The notes beneath the pieces are model-generated. The model did no database searches. It had not been told where the DNA came from and saw only the letters and a program-made list of their open reading frames with translations. Position numbers and translations under genes: made by a program. This document shows, piece by piece, positions 46,955 through 55,092 of a DNA stretch of 64,000 bases (positions are counted from its first letter, which is position 1; every line of letters begins with the position of its first letter). Source of the DNA: Candidatus Moraniibacteriota bacterium (lineage in GTDB: Bacteria > Patescibacteriota > Minisyncoccia > Moranbacterales > DUUL01). The stretch covers positions 13,551 through 77,550 of the forward strand of contig JALVDV010000006.1 in assembly GCA_027008775.1 (NCBI GenBank). The letters run 5' to 3'.

Positions 46955-47034
46955 AAAAATAAATTGGGTTTGATTATCAAATAATGAGATTTAGATTATT
47001 TTTAAAAGGGGGAAACTTTTGTTTCCCCGAATTT

Positions 47035-47316
47035 TTATTTTTTTCTTGCTCGTTGGTGAGCCTTCTCTCGTCGGCGGAGAAGGTTGTTGATATATTTTCC
47101 TTGCTCTTTTTTACTCATGACGGAGAGGGCTTCTCCGTCAAAGTTTAAAGAGCGGTGAAGTGGATCCTTTCTGGTCCACAAGCGATACCACCAAAGTAAA
47201 ACTCCCCCATTCCAAGCTCTTTGTTTGACTTGAATGAGGCGAGAGTGGGTCAGATAGAGCTGTAATTTTAGCCAATGCGTAACTATGATCACGATTAACT
47301 TAATTATTTTTGCCAT
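47035..47316 (-). CDS. hypothetical basic protein (93 aa)
   Basis: ORF with an AAGGAGG SD. A 35-bp repeat lies upstream (see findings). Confidence 0.3.
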   Translation of the reverse strand: MAKIIKLIVIIVTHWLKLQLYLTHSRLIQVKQRAWNGGVLLWWYRLWTRKDPLHRSLNFDGEALSVMSKKEQGKYINNLLRRREKAHQRARKK

Positions 47317-47481
47317 TGTACTACCTCCTTTTTATTTTTTCTTTCAAGGAACTTCTTTGTTTTTTGTAGTGGATAGGCTTCATCTTGTTGGCCTTCTTAT
47401 TGTATCAGTTGGTTATTAGATGAACAAGTTTGTAATTTAATAAAAATTTAACATTTGCAGAGACAGGAACATTTAGTTGTT

Positions 47482-48018
47482 TTAAAGTAAACCTAAATAA
47501 TCCAATCCCAGATAACCAACTTCAATATCCGTATTTTGTCCACTGCGAAGCAAATTTTTAAATTCATCCATATTTAACAAGACAACTTCTATGAATTCAT
47601 TCTCGTCAAGATTTTGTTTGGACACCAATTCGCAGTCTGTAATGACGACGCAACTGCGTTGCATGGTGGAATAAGCGCAATCAAAAGCGGTGGTAACCAG
47701 TTTTGCTTTTCCTTGATAGCCGGTTTCTTCCAACAATTCTCTGTTGCCCGCCTTCTCAGGGGTTTCGTTTTTGTCAATGTAACCACCGGGAAGTTCCAGT
47801 AAAATTTTATTTGGACCGGGTCTGAATTGTTTGGTAAGAATCACTTGTTTGTTTTTAGTCAAAGCGAGTATTCCAACAGCCGGACCTTCTTTTTTAAGAT
47901 AAAAGTCACTTTTTTCTCCATTTGGCATCTCATAAATCACTTTTTCAATCTTACGACTATATTTTTGCCACTCTATTTCGCGAGAAATTTCTTTCCATGA
48001 TTTAATGTTTTTTGTCAT
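47482..48018 (-). CDS. NUDIX hydrolase (ADP-ribose pyrophosphatase-like)
   Basis: The Nudix box reads GGYIDKNETPEKAGNRELLEETGY (GX5EX7REUXEEXGU). The likely start is ATG at 48018; the track's longer ORF extends to 48087. Confidence 0.75.
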   Translation of the reverse strand: MTKNIKSWKEISREIEWQKYSRKIEKVIYEMPNGEKSDFYLKKEGPAVGILALTKNKQVILTKQFRPGPNKILLELPGGYIDKNETPEKAGNRELLEETGYQGKAKLVTTAFDCAYSTMQRSCVVITDCELVSKQNLDENEFIEVVLLNMDEFKNLLRSGQNTDIEVGYLGLDYLGLL

Positions 48019-48151
48019 AAAAATGATTAGGGATGAAAATTTGAACGGAGAAAAATTGGTACCCCTTAAGGATCTAAATGATACCAATTTTTTGTAGTCA
48101 GTAGTGAGGTAACCAAAAATCTTTCTGCTATACTATTTTTTGGCAATTGAG

Positions 48152-48514
48152 TTATATTATCTCAACCGTATGTCCCGATTGTTCAAGTTTCTTTTTTATC
48201 AACGATATTAGTTCTCCCTTTTTTTGTTCTATTGCCTCAATTTTTTTAATTCGTTCTTGATCATTATTATCTTTTTTTGCCATCTGTTTGGCTTCTGTTA
48301 TTTCTTTGTCAAATTCACTACCATTAATTTTTAAAACTCCATTATCCTCAGTTACCATATTGCTTGGCCAAATAAACTCACCAGAGAGTTCACCATCTTC
48401 ATTAATAAACTTACCTAATAGTCGATTTATATCTTCATCGTAATCAAGTTTATTATAAATTGCTTGAATATCTACTCTTTGTTGTGGTGTTTTGCTTTCA
48501 AATTTTTCCGGCAT
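48152..48514 (-). CDS. hypothetical acidic protein (120 aa)
   Basis: ORF only. Confidence 0.35.
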   Translation of the reverse strand: MPEKFESKTPQQRVDIQAIYNKLDYDEDINRLLGKFINEDGELSGEFIWPSNMVTEDNGVLKINGSEFDKEITEAKQMAKKDNNDQERIKKIEAIEQKKGELISLIKKKLEQSGHTVEII

Positions 48515-48696
48515 AGTTTTTTATTGGTTAATTATTAAACATTTAAATTATATCACAATGTTTCATGATGTGTGATGTTTGGCAGATCTATGAAACCGCG
48601 AAACAGTAGCTTTATCAAATATAGGTGAAAAGGGAAAGGGGTGTAACGATGAATGAGATTACATATTCTGTGTTAGGTGGCAGTTGTGCTGATTTT

Positions 48697-49353
48697 TTAT
48701 TTTTTTCTCAAAACTATTACATCCTGAAAACAAGCAGGTGCTCCCATTCCAAGTGGACTCTCGCTGAGCACGATTAGTTCAATCTGATTGTTAACGGTTG
48801 AATCTAGGATGCTTTGCTTTTCTGATTGGCTGATTAATCCTAGCCCAAGATTGATTACAGGTTGGTTGAGTTCATTTTTGCTATGAACTGTGTTGCCAAT
48901 ATCAACCAGATTAACCATTGCACGAATTAACTCTTTGGAGCCACCCGTTATAGTAAAACTATCGCATTTTTTAGTTTCGCCCCAAGCGCTTCTCTCAACA
49001 GGCGAATAATAACCTTTAATAATTGCGATGCCCAGTGGATAATTACTATTATCTCTGTTAAATAAACATTCATTTATGGTGCAGAGATTGTTGGTAAGAT
49101 TGTATGTTGTATTATTGACTGGTGTTTTAGTTTTGGAGATATTGTTTTCGTTTTGGATCTGAGTCAGTTTATTTTGGAGCAAGACAATTCGTTTTTGCAA
49201 TTTTTGTTCCGAAGTTTTTAGCTTAGAGTTTTGCCAAAAGTAAATACCTCCACCTACTGTTAAAGCGGTTACAATGGCACAAACAACAATTGCCCAGGCA
49301 GTTTTAAGACTTTGAGCTTGTTTTATTGATTGTGAGGTGGTTTGTTTTTCCAT
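48697..49353 (-). CDS. hypothetical membrane-anchored protein with a coiled coil (218 aa)
   Basis: N-terminal TM helix, then a heptad-like region (LKTSEQKLQKRIVLLQNKLTQIQNENN). Confidence 0.35.
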   Translation of the reverse strand: MEKQTTSQSIKQAQSLKTAWAIVVCAIVTALTVGGGIYFWQNSKLKTSEQKLQKRIVLLQNKLTQIQNENNISKTKTPVNNTTYNLTNNLCTINECLFNRDNSNYPLGIAIIKGYYSPVERSAWGETKKCDSFTITGGSKELIRAMVNLVDIGNTVHSKNELNQPVINLGLGLISQSEKQSILDSTVNNQIELIVLSESPLGMGAPACFQDVIVLRKK

Positions 49354-49402
49354 AATTTTGTGAGTTAGCCAGTTTGATTATGTTTTAAATTAAGAAAAAG
49401 TC

Positions 49403-49665
49403 AGCACAATTTTGCACAACGGGTGCGAGTATGAGAAGTTTCGCCGATCTTCTTTTTATTTTTTCTTTCAAGGAACTTTTTGTTATTTACTTTCTGTCAA
49501 CGTATCCGAGTATGCGAAGTTCGCTTTTCGGATTTATTTGATATTATTTGGTTTAACTGATGACTATTTTAACTCACTTTCGCTTAAATTACCACTAAAT
49601 GGAGAAAAGCGAATTTGGGAAAAAGGCGAGCCGAGCCTTTTTCCGCATACTCGATGTTAGGCGAG
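49403..49665. repeat. GC-rich structured repeat unit (family copy 1) ending in GTTAGGC
   Basis: Shares aattttgcRcaacgNNtgcgWgtatgagaagtNNcgcc and ccgcatactSSRtgttaggcga with the copy at 50367..50468. It also contains an internal copy of gagtatgMgaagttcgc. Confidence 0.6.
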
Positions 49666-49742
49666 GGTGAGCGGAACGGAGTGGAGCGAAAGCGCAGCGT
49701 CCCCGTAGCGTTTTCTTTCAAATTTTTTTTGCGGTCGTGGGC

Positions 49743-49771
49743 TTGACAGATAAGTTATTATCTGCTATACT
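49743..49771 (+). promoter_or_regulatory. sigma70-type promoter for the SemiSWEET gene
   Basis: TTGACA (49743-49748), a 17-nt spacer, then TATACT (49766-49771). It lies about 100 nt upstream of the ATG. Confidence 0.5.
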
Positions 49772-49873
49772 AAAATGTCAATAGTTGGGAAATCGTCTTT
49801 TTTAATAACCAAAAGAGAGGTTTCTCACTATTGTGAGGATCTGCTCTTTTAAAACTGAAAAGGAGAAAATCAG

Positions 49874-50140
49874 ATGGAAAATCTATTTGGTTCTCTTACT
49901 CTAGTCCTGGCAGTTACTATGGTAGTAATTGCCTTGCCGAGTCAAATCCGCAAAAACTACCGAGAGAGAAAATGTGGTCTCAGTTTCCTGATGGTACTGC
50001 TGCCACTCGGCGTGTACATATCACGAACTTGCTATGCAATACTGATTAAGTCGTGGTATATAGTAGTGCCGGACTTTCTCGGCGTGATTTTCTCTGCCGT
50101 TCTATTGGCTCAATTCCTTTATTATCGGAACAAGCCATGA
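49874..50140 (+). CDS. SemiSWEET / PQ-loop family sugar transporter (88 aa, 3 TM)
   Basis: The PQ motif LPSQIRKNYRERKCGLSF is present. The gene has three helices, an AAGGAGAAAA SD, and its own promoter and terminator. Confidence 0.55.
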   Translation: MENLFGSLTLVLAVTMVVIALPSQIRKNYRERKCGLSFLMVLLPLGVYISRTCYAILIKSWYIVVPDFLGVIFSAVLLAQFLYYRNKP

Positions 50141-50157
50141 AGATCCGGGTTTAACTC

Positions 50158-50190
50158 AGAGCGTTGACTTAACAGTTGACGCTCTTTTTC
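50158..50190 (+). terminator. rho-independent terminator after the SemiSWEET gene
   Basis: 11-bp stem agagcgttgac/gttgacgctct with two G-U pairs and a 6-nt loop, then ttttt. Confidence 0.55.
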
Positions 50191-50216
50191 ATACGAGCAA
50201 AAAATAATTTGAAAGA

Positions 50217-50468
50217 AAATGTCGCCTAATGGGCGGCGTTTATGCGATCGTGGCGGGATGATGACAAGTCATCAGACCGACATGTCGCACAATCGTCAGT
50301 TGTGCGAAGCTTCGCTGAGCATAGCTGGCGTGTAACGCCGCCCATTGTGCAAAATGAGCGAAGTGAAATTTTGCGCAACGTTTGCGTGTATGAGAAGTCC
50401 CGCCGTGGCGGGATTTGGGCGGAGGCTTTTGTAAAAAGCCGTAGCCGCATACTGCGTGTTAGGCGATG
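50217..50468. repeat. GC-rich structured repeat unit (family copy 2), bounded by GCCTAAT and GTTAGGC
   Basis: GCCTAAT sits at 50224-50230 and GTTAGGC at 50458-50464. A perfect 13-bp inverted repeat aatgggcggcgtt/aacgccgcccatt lies at 50228-50240 and 50334-50346. The palindrome GCGAAGCTTCGC lies at 50303-50314. The subsegment 50367..50468 aligns to copy 1. Confidence 0.6.
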
Positions 50469-50482
50469 TAATTTTCAAAATA

Positions 50483-51013
50483 TTATCTTTGAAATTGCCA
50501 CGTTTCTTTACCATCTTTTATAATCAATTTGCGTTTGACAAAATTCGGTTGTTTGTTATTTCTCTCATCAGGCCCAATCAAAATTTCAAAAATTCCGTTT
50601 TTTGTATCTAGGGTCAAAACTGTACGTGTGTTGTTTGATGATTGGTGCTCGTGAATTCGTGCTGTGTCTTTAAATTTCTGAATTATTTTTCGTGCATGCT
50701 CTAGATTTTCTTCTATTGCTTTATCAAGCTTTTCATCATAATCATTTGCATGAGCACCACCTGTAACTATAATATCAGAAATTTTTCCGCCAGTTTTTCT
50801 TAGGAATTCTTGAAATTTTTCTTCGAGAGACTCATCCCGTATCATGTTGTGTATCATTGCGCCAATCTTAGAATTTTGGTCATAAAGAGCTATGCAGACA
50901 CACATATATAATTCTGTACTGATCAAACGCTCTCCGTTTTCGGCAATTTCGAACCTAAAAGAATCTACTTCAATATCTTCTGGTTGTGGTGTTAACTCAA
51001 ATCTGTTGTTCAT
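50483..51013 (-). CDS. hypothetical protein, CheD-like (chemoreceptor glutamine deamidase fold) - weak
   Basis: CVCIALYDQNSKIGAMIHNM resembles the CheD Cys/His core (GSCVAVCLYDP..KVGGMAH). It is an orphan with no che genes nearby. The gene is flanked by GTTAGGC-type heptamers. Confidence 0.35.
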   Translation of the reverse strand: MNNRFELTPQPEDIEVDSFRFEIAENGERLISTELYMCVCIALYDQNSKIGAMIHNMIRDESLEEKFQEFLRKTGGKISDIIVTGGAHANDYDEKLDKAIEENLEHARKIIQKFKDTARIHEHQSSNNTRTVLTLDTKNGIFEILIGPDERNNKQPNFVKRKLIIKDGKETWQFQR

Positions 51014-51024
51014 AGAATTTTGAA

Positions 51025-51056
51025 AATTATGTCGCCTAACTCGTTTTTATGCGAAT
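51025..51056. repeat. partial copy of the repeat family (tatgtcGCCTAACtcgtttttatgcga)
   Basis: Near-identical to 50217-50247 apart from an 8-nt indel. GCCTAAC lies at 51034-51040, which is 20 nt from the CheD-like start on the opposite strand. Confidence 0.55.
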
Positions 51057-51627
51057 AATGTTTCGTGATAAAAACTAAATATTGACAAAAAGCGAATAAT
51101 TGACGGGATGTAAGTGGGTTTAACCTACTCTTTTTTGTCTAACTTTATTGTACATGAAAAGTCTTATTTTAAAAAGTTTTATTTTACAAGCGAAAAATTT
51201 GTTGAAGGTGCAATTATTCTGCAAAGATGATATTCTCTGAAAACAGCAGAAATTTATTTGTTGTATGTTGAGCAACACTAAAAAGTATTAAAAGTCCGTT
51301 TTAACCCTGCCAAAATGGAACTTGACTTCCATTTTAACCCTGCTATTTTGGCAGTGGAGCGGGAATAAAAATAATTTTTTTCAGATTCCATTGTTGGCAA
51401 AAGAGATTTTTTGTAGGTAGAATTGTGAGTGGAAGTAGTTTTGTTGTTTTTTTTGCTAAGTTAATAAAATTTTCAAAGAGTTTTGTTTTAGTACTTCATT
51501 TTTAATAGATAATATTTGCTAATTGATGAATTTAAACTATTATGATACCCTACTGCTGTAGGGTTGTACTGTTATTTTGCAAAATGTTGGTGTTTGAGGT
51601 GTGTAAAATATAATTTAATTGTAAATA

Positions 51628-51921
51628 ATGTCAAATATGAAAAAGTATAAACGAAGTCAGTTTTATCAAATGGAAAGAACCGTGAAAGGGTTTTCAAATC
51701 ACAGAAGAATTGAGATAATGTTTCTATTAGATAAGAGACCGGAATTATCCGTGAATGAAATTTGCAGGGAATTAAAAATAAATTTTAATACGGGATCTGA
51801 TCACATTAGAAAACTTGCTCAGTCCGGAATAGTTATGAAAAGGGCTGACAATAAAACGGTCAGACACGCCTTAACCGAAAAAGGCAAGGCAATACTGTCA
51901 TTTTGCAAAACATTGGTATAA
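51628..51921 (+). CDS. ArsR/SmtB-family HTH transcriptional regulator
   Basis: RRIEIMFLLDKRPELSVNEICRELKINFNTGSDHIRKLAQSGIV is a wHTH of the ArsR type. Confidence 0.7.
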   Translation: MSNMKKYKRSQFYQMERTVKGFSNHRRIEIMFLLDKRPELSVNEICRELKINFNTGSDHIRKLAQSGIVMKRADNKTVRHALTEKGKAILSFCKTLV

Positions 51922-51987
51922 CACTCGGTAAATATTGTAGGGTGTGAATTGGAAAAAGTGAATAATTTGTTATTTTAAAGATAAACA

Positions 51988-53898
51988 ATGGGAAACAATA
52001 ATAGTTTAAATAACATTCGTAATTTTTGTATTATTGCGCATATTGATCATGGGAAGTCCACTTTGTCGGACCGGCTTTTGGAAGTGACGGGAACGGTGGA
52101 GAAGCGAAAAATGAAGGAACAACTTTTGGATACGATGGATTTGGAGAGAGAGCGGGGAATTACCATCAAGTTACAACCGGTGCAAATGATATATGGTTAT
52201 CAGTCAGCAGTTAACAGTTCACAGAAAAAAGGTGACTTAAAAACTCCTTTAATTCCTCTTCAAAAAAAGGGAGAGTTAAAGGGCTATGTCCTTAATTTGA
52301 TTGACACTCCAGGGCATGTGGATTTTGCCTATGAAGTTTCACGGTCATTGGCGGCGGTGGAAGGGGCTATTTTGCTGGTGGATGCCACTCAAGGGGTACA
52401 AGCGCAAACTTTAACCAATCTTTACGCCGCTTTGGAACAGGATTTGGAAATTATTCCGGTGATTAACAAGATTGATTTGCCCAATGCTGATGTGGAGAAA
52501 GTGAAAAAGGAAATCGTGCATATTTTGGGGTGCGAGCCGGAAGAAATTTTAGCGGTGAGCGGAAAAACCGGGGAAGGAGTGGAAGAGTTGCTACAAGCGA
52601 TTGTGGAAAGAATACCGGCGCCAAAAAAACAGTTGATTGATTATGAAACAGGAAAGCCGGAGCCTTTGCGGGCTTTGATTTTTGACAGTGTTTATGATGA
52701 GTACAAAGGGGTGTTGGCTTATGTGCGAGTGGTTGATGGAGAAATCAAAAAGGGAGATGAAATAAAAATGATGATGACAAAAGGGGAGAGCTCGGTGGTT
52801 GAGCTGGGGCATTTTAAGCCGGAATATGTGGCGACCGACAAACTGTCGGCCGGAGATATCGGTTACATTGCCACCGGTTTTAAGAGTGTGAAGGATTGCA
52901 AGGTGGGAGACACGGTCACTTTACAATCGCAGGCCGGCGCAGATGAAAAAATTGAACCATTGCCCGGTTATGAGGAGGTACAACCGATGGTTTACGCCAG
53001 TTTTTATCCGGCGGATGGTTCCGATTATAATGTAATGCGAGAGGCGCTGGATAAATTAACTTTAAATGATGGCGCTTTTAGCTTTGAACCGGAAAGTAAT
53101 CAAGCCTTGGGCAGGGGTTTTCGTTGCGGATTTTTGGGGTTATTGCACTTGGAAATTGTGCAAGCGAGATTGGATAGAGAGTTTGGAATTAAGCCGGTGA
53201 TAACCACTCCCAGTGTGGTTTATCGTTTGCACAAAAAAAATACCGATGAGATTATTGACATTTATTCGCCCAGTGAACTGCCTGATGGTTCGCAGATTGC
53301 TTTCATTGAGGAGCCTTATGTGAAACTGGAAATTGTAACACCGACTGAATATTTGGGAAAAGTGATGGAATTGGTCGGAACTATCAGGGCTGATTATAAA
53401 AATACTGACTATATTGATAATGAAAGGGTGCAGTTGGTTTTTGAAGCGCCTTTGATGGAGGTGATTGTTGATTTTCATGATCAATTAAAAAGTGTCTCTT
53501 CCGGCTACGCTTCAATGAGTTATGAACTGATTGATTATCGGAGTAGTGATTTGGTGAAGGTTGATATTTTGGTAGCCGGAGAAAAAGTGGAAGCCTTTTC
53601 TCGGATTGTGCCGAAAGAAGAGGCTTACAAGCAAGGTAAAGCAATAGTGGAAAAGTTGAAAGAAATTTTACCCCGGCAAAATTTTGCGGTGGCTATCCAA
53701 GCGGTAATTGGCGCCAAAGTGATTGCGCGGGCGACTTTAAGCGCTTTTCGCAAGGATGTTACCGCCAAACTTTATGGGGGCGATGTGACACGCAAGAGGA
53801 AGTTGCTGGAGAAGCAAAAGAAGGGCAAGAAGAGAATGATGAAAACAGGCAAAGTGGAAATTCCCAGTGAGGCCTTTTTACAGGTGTTGAGAAAGTAG
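51988..53898 (+). CDS. lepA: elongation factor 4 (LepA), with an approximately 30-aa insertion in the G domain
   Basis: IIAHIDHGKSTLSDRLL (G1), DTPGH, and NKID are present. The LepA-specific C-terminal domain follows. Confidence 0.9.
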   Translation: MGNNNSLNNIRNFCIIAHIDHGKSTLSDRLLEVTGTVEKRKMKEQLLDTMDLERERGITIKLQPVQMIYGYQSAVNSSQKKGDLKTPLIPLQKKGELKGYVLNLIDTPGHVDFAYEVSRSLAAVEGAILLVDATQGVQAQTLTNLYAALEQDLEIIPVINKIDLPNADVEKVKKEIVHILGCEPEEILAVSGKTGEGVEELLQAIVERIPAPKKQLIDYETGKPEPLRALIFDSVYDEYKGVLAYVRVVDGEIKKGDEIKMMMTKGESSVVELGHFKPEYVATDKLSAGDIGYIATGFKSVKDCKVGDTVTLQSQAGADEKIEPLPGYEEVQPMVYASFYPADGSDYNVMREALDKLTLNDGAFSFEPESNQALGRGFRCGFLGLLHLEIVQARLDREFGIKPVITTPSVVYRLHKKNTDEIIDIYSPSELPDGSQIAFIEEPYVKLEIVTPTEYLGKVMELVGTIRADYKNTDYIDNERVQLVFEAPLMEVIVDFHDQLKSVSSGYASMSYELIDYRSSDLVKVDILVAGEKVEAFSRIVPKEEAYKQGKAIVEKLKEILPRQNFAVAIQAVIGAKVIARATLSAFRKDVTAKLYGGDVTRKRKLLEKQKKGKKRMMKTGKVEIPSEAFLQVLRK

Positions 53899-53912
53899 GC
53901 GTGGAAAATTGG

Positions 53913-53956
53913 AAAGCCCCGCCTTTTCTTTTGAAAAGGCGGGGCTTTGGTTTTTA
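53913..53956. terminator. bidirectional rho-independent terminator after lepA
   Basis: 15-bp stem aaagccccgcctttt/aaaaggcggggcttt followed by ggttttt. Confidence 0.65.
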
Positions 53957-54382
53957 TGGCGAGCTTTTTCTATTTGCGCCAATATGATTGGCGAGGAGAT
54001 TTTTTGTTTTTAGGGAAAGCAGGGTGTATTGCAAGACACCCATTCTAATTTTGAAGTCTTGCAAATCCCCTTTTTTGATTGCTTCCATAATATTTATAGA
54101 GTTGATTACGCTCTTAACCAATGCTTTATTGGCAGGCGTGGCCTTGATTGTTCCTTTTAGAGTTGACCAGTCTTGGTCCCGGGCCATTTGTATGACATAG
54201 GGAACATCCTCCTCTTTTTTGACTATCTGGAAGAATTCTTTAAGAATTTCTTCCAAAATTGGCTGCGTGGCCGCTATTTTTACATTTTTTAGTTCTGAAG
54301 TTAATTTTTTTATCTTCAGCTTCAGATAAAAAATATAACCGGATAAAACAAATACTATAAAAAATATGGTTTCTCTGTTCAT
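53954..54382 (-). CDS. hypothetical membrane-anchored protein (142 aa)
   Basis: ORF with an N-terminal TM helix and an AGGAGG SD. Confidence 0.35.
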   Translation of the reverse strand: MNRETIFFIVFVLSGYIFYLKLKIKKLTSELKNVKIAATQPILEEILKEFFQIVKKEEDVPYVIQMARDQDWSTLKGTIKATPANKALVKSVINSINIMEAIKKGDLQDFKIRMGVLQYTLLSLKTKNLLANHIGANRKSSP

Positions 54383-54462
54383 TTTTTATTCCTCCTTTTT
54401 TATACTTGTGATTTGTAAATGTACAATATTTTAATATTGAGTATAATTTACAGTGTTAGGAC

Positions 54463-55092
54463 TTGTCAATCGTTTTATTTTTATTTATGGACAAAGAGGA
54501 ACAGTTGAAAAGATTAACTAAACAGATGTTGCACTGTAATTTGTGCGCCTTGAGAGAGGGTTGTCGGCAAGTGGTGCCGGGCGAGGGCTCGGCGGAGGCG
54601 GAAGTGATGTTTATTGGTGAGGGTCCGGGAGCCAAAGAGGATGAGTTGGGTCGCCCGTTTGTGGGAGCGGCGGGGAAGTTTTTGGATGAAATGTTGGCGG
54701 AGGTTGGTTTAAAAAGGGAGGATGTTTATATTGCCAATATGGTGAAATGTCGTCCGCCGGCTAATCGTGATCCTTTACCGGAAGAGAAAAAAACTTGTTG
54801 GCCGTGGTTGGAAAAACAAATTTCTATTATCAGGCCGAAATTGATTGTTACTCTGGGGCGTCATTCTATGGAAAAATTCTTTCCGCAGGCCAAAATTTCG
54901 CGGGACCACGGGCGGGCTTTGCGCAGAGAAATAGAAATTTTTGACGATAGCCTACAAGGAAGAATCAAGATAAAGCAGGCTTTTTTTATTCTTTATCACC
55001 CGGCGGCGGCTTTGTATAATGGAGGGATGAGAGAAGTTTTGTTGGCTGATTTCAAAAATATTCCGAAAGTTTTGCGGGCAATTGGCAATTAG
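54463..55092 (+). CDS. uracil-DNA glycosylase, family 4
   Basis: Fe-S Cys residues occur in LHCNLC...C. Motif A reads FIGEGPGAKEDELGRPFVGAAGKFL. Motif B is HPAAALY. Confidence 0.8.
   Translation: MSIVLFLFMDKEEQLKRLTKQMLHCNLCALREGCRQVVPGEGSAEAEVMFIGEGPGAKEDELGRPFVGAAGKFLDEMLAEVGLKREDVYIANMVKCRPPANRDPLPEEKKTCWPWLEKQISIIRPKLIVTLGRHSMEKFFPQAKISRDHGRALRREIEIFDDSLQGRIKIKQAFFILYHPAAALYNGGMREVLLADFKNIPKVLRAIGN

Noticed and set aside
49412-49660. 82-aa ORF inside the first repeat unit, and the overlapping ORFs 50226..50450, 50242..50523 and 50296..50514
   Set aside because: They sit within GC-rich palindromic repeat DNA, have no RBS, and overlap one another on both strands. They are most likely non-coding.
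50224-50464. Interpretation of the repeat unit as a bona fide integron attC site
   Set aside because: The GCCTAAT...GTTAGGC span is 241 bp, longer than typical attC sites. The segments adjacent to the two cores (ACGCAG... vs ...AACGCCGCCC) are same-sense rather than complementary, so a canonical R''-L''/L'-R' hairpin could not be built by hand. This is kept only as a low-confidence hypothesis in the findings.
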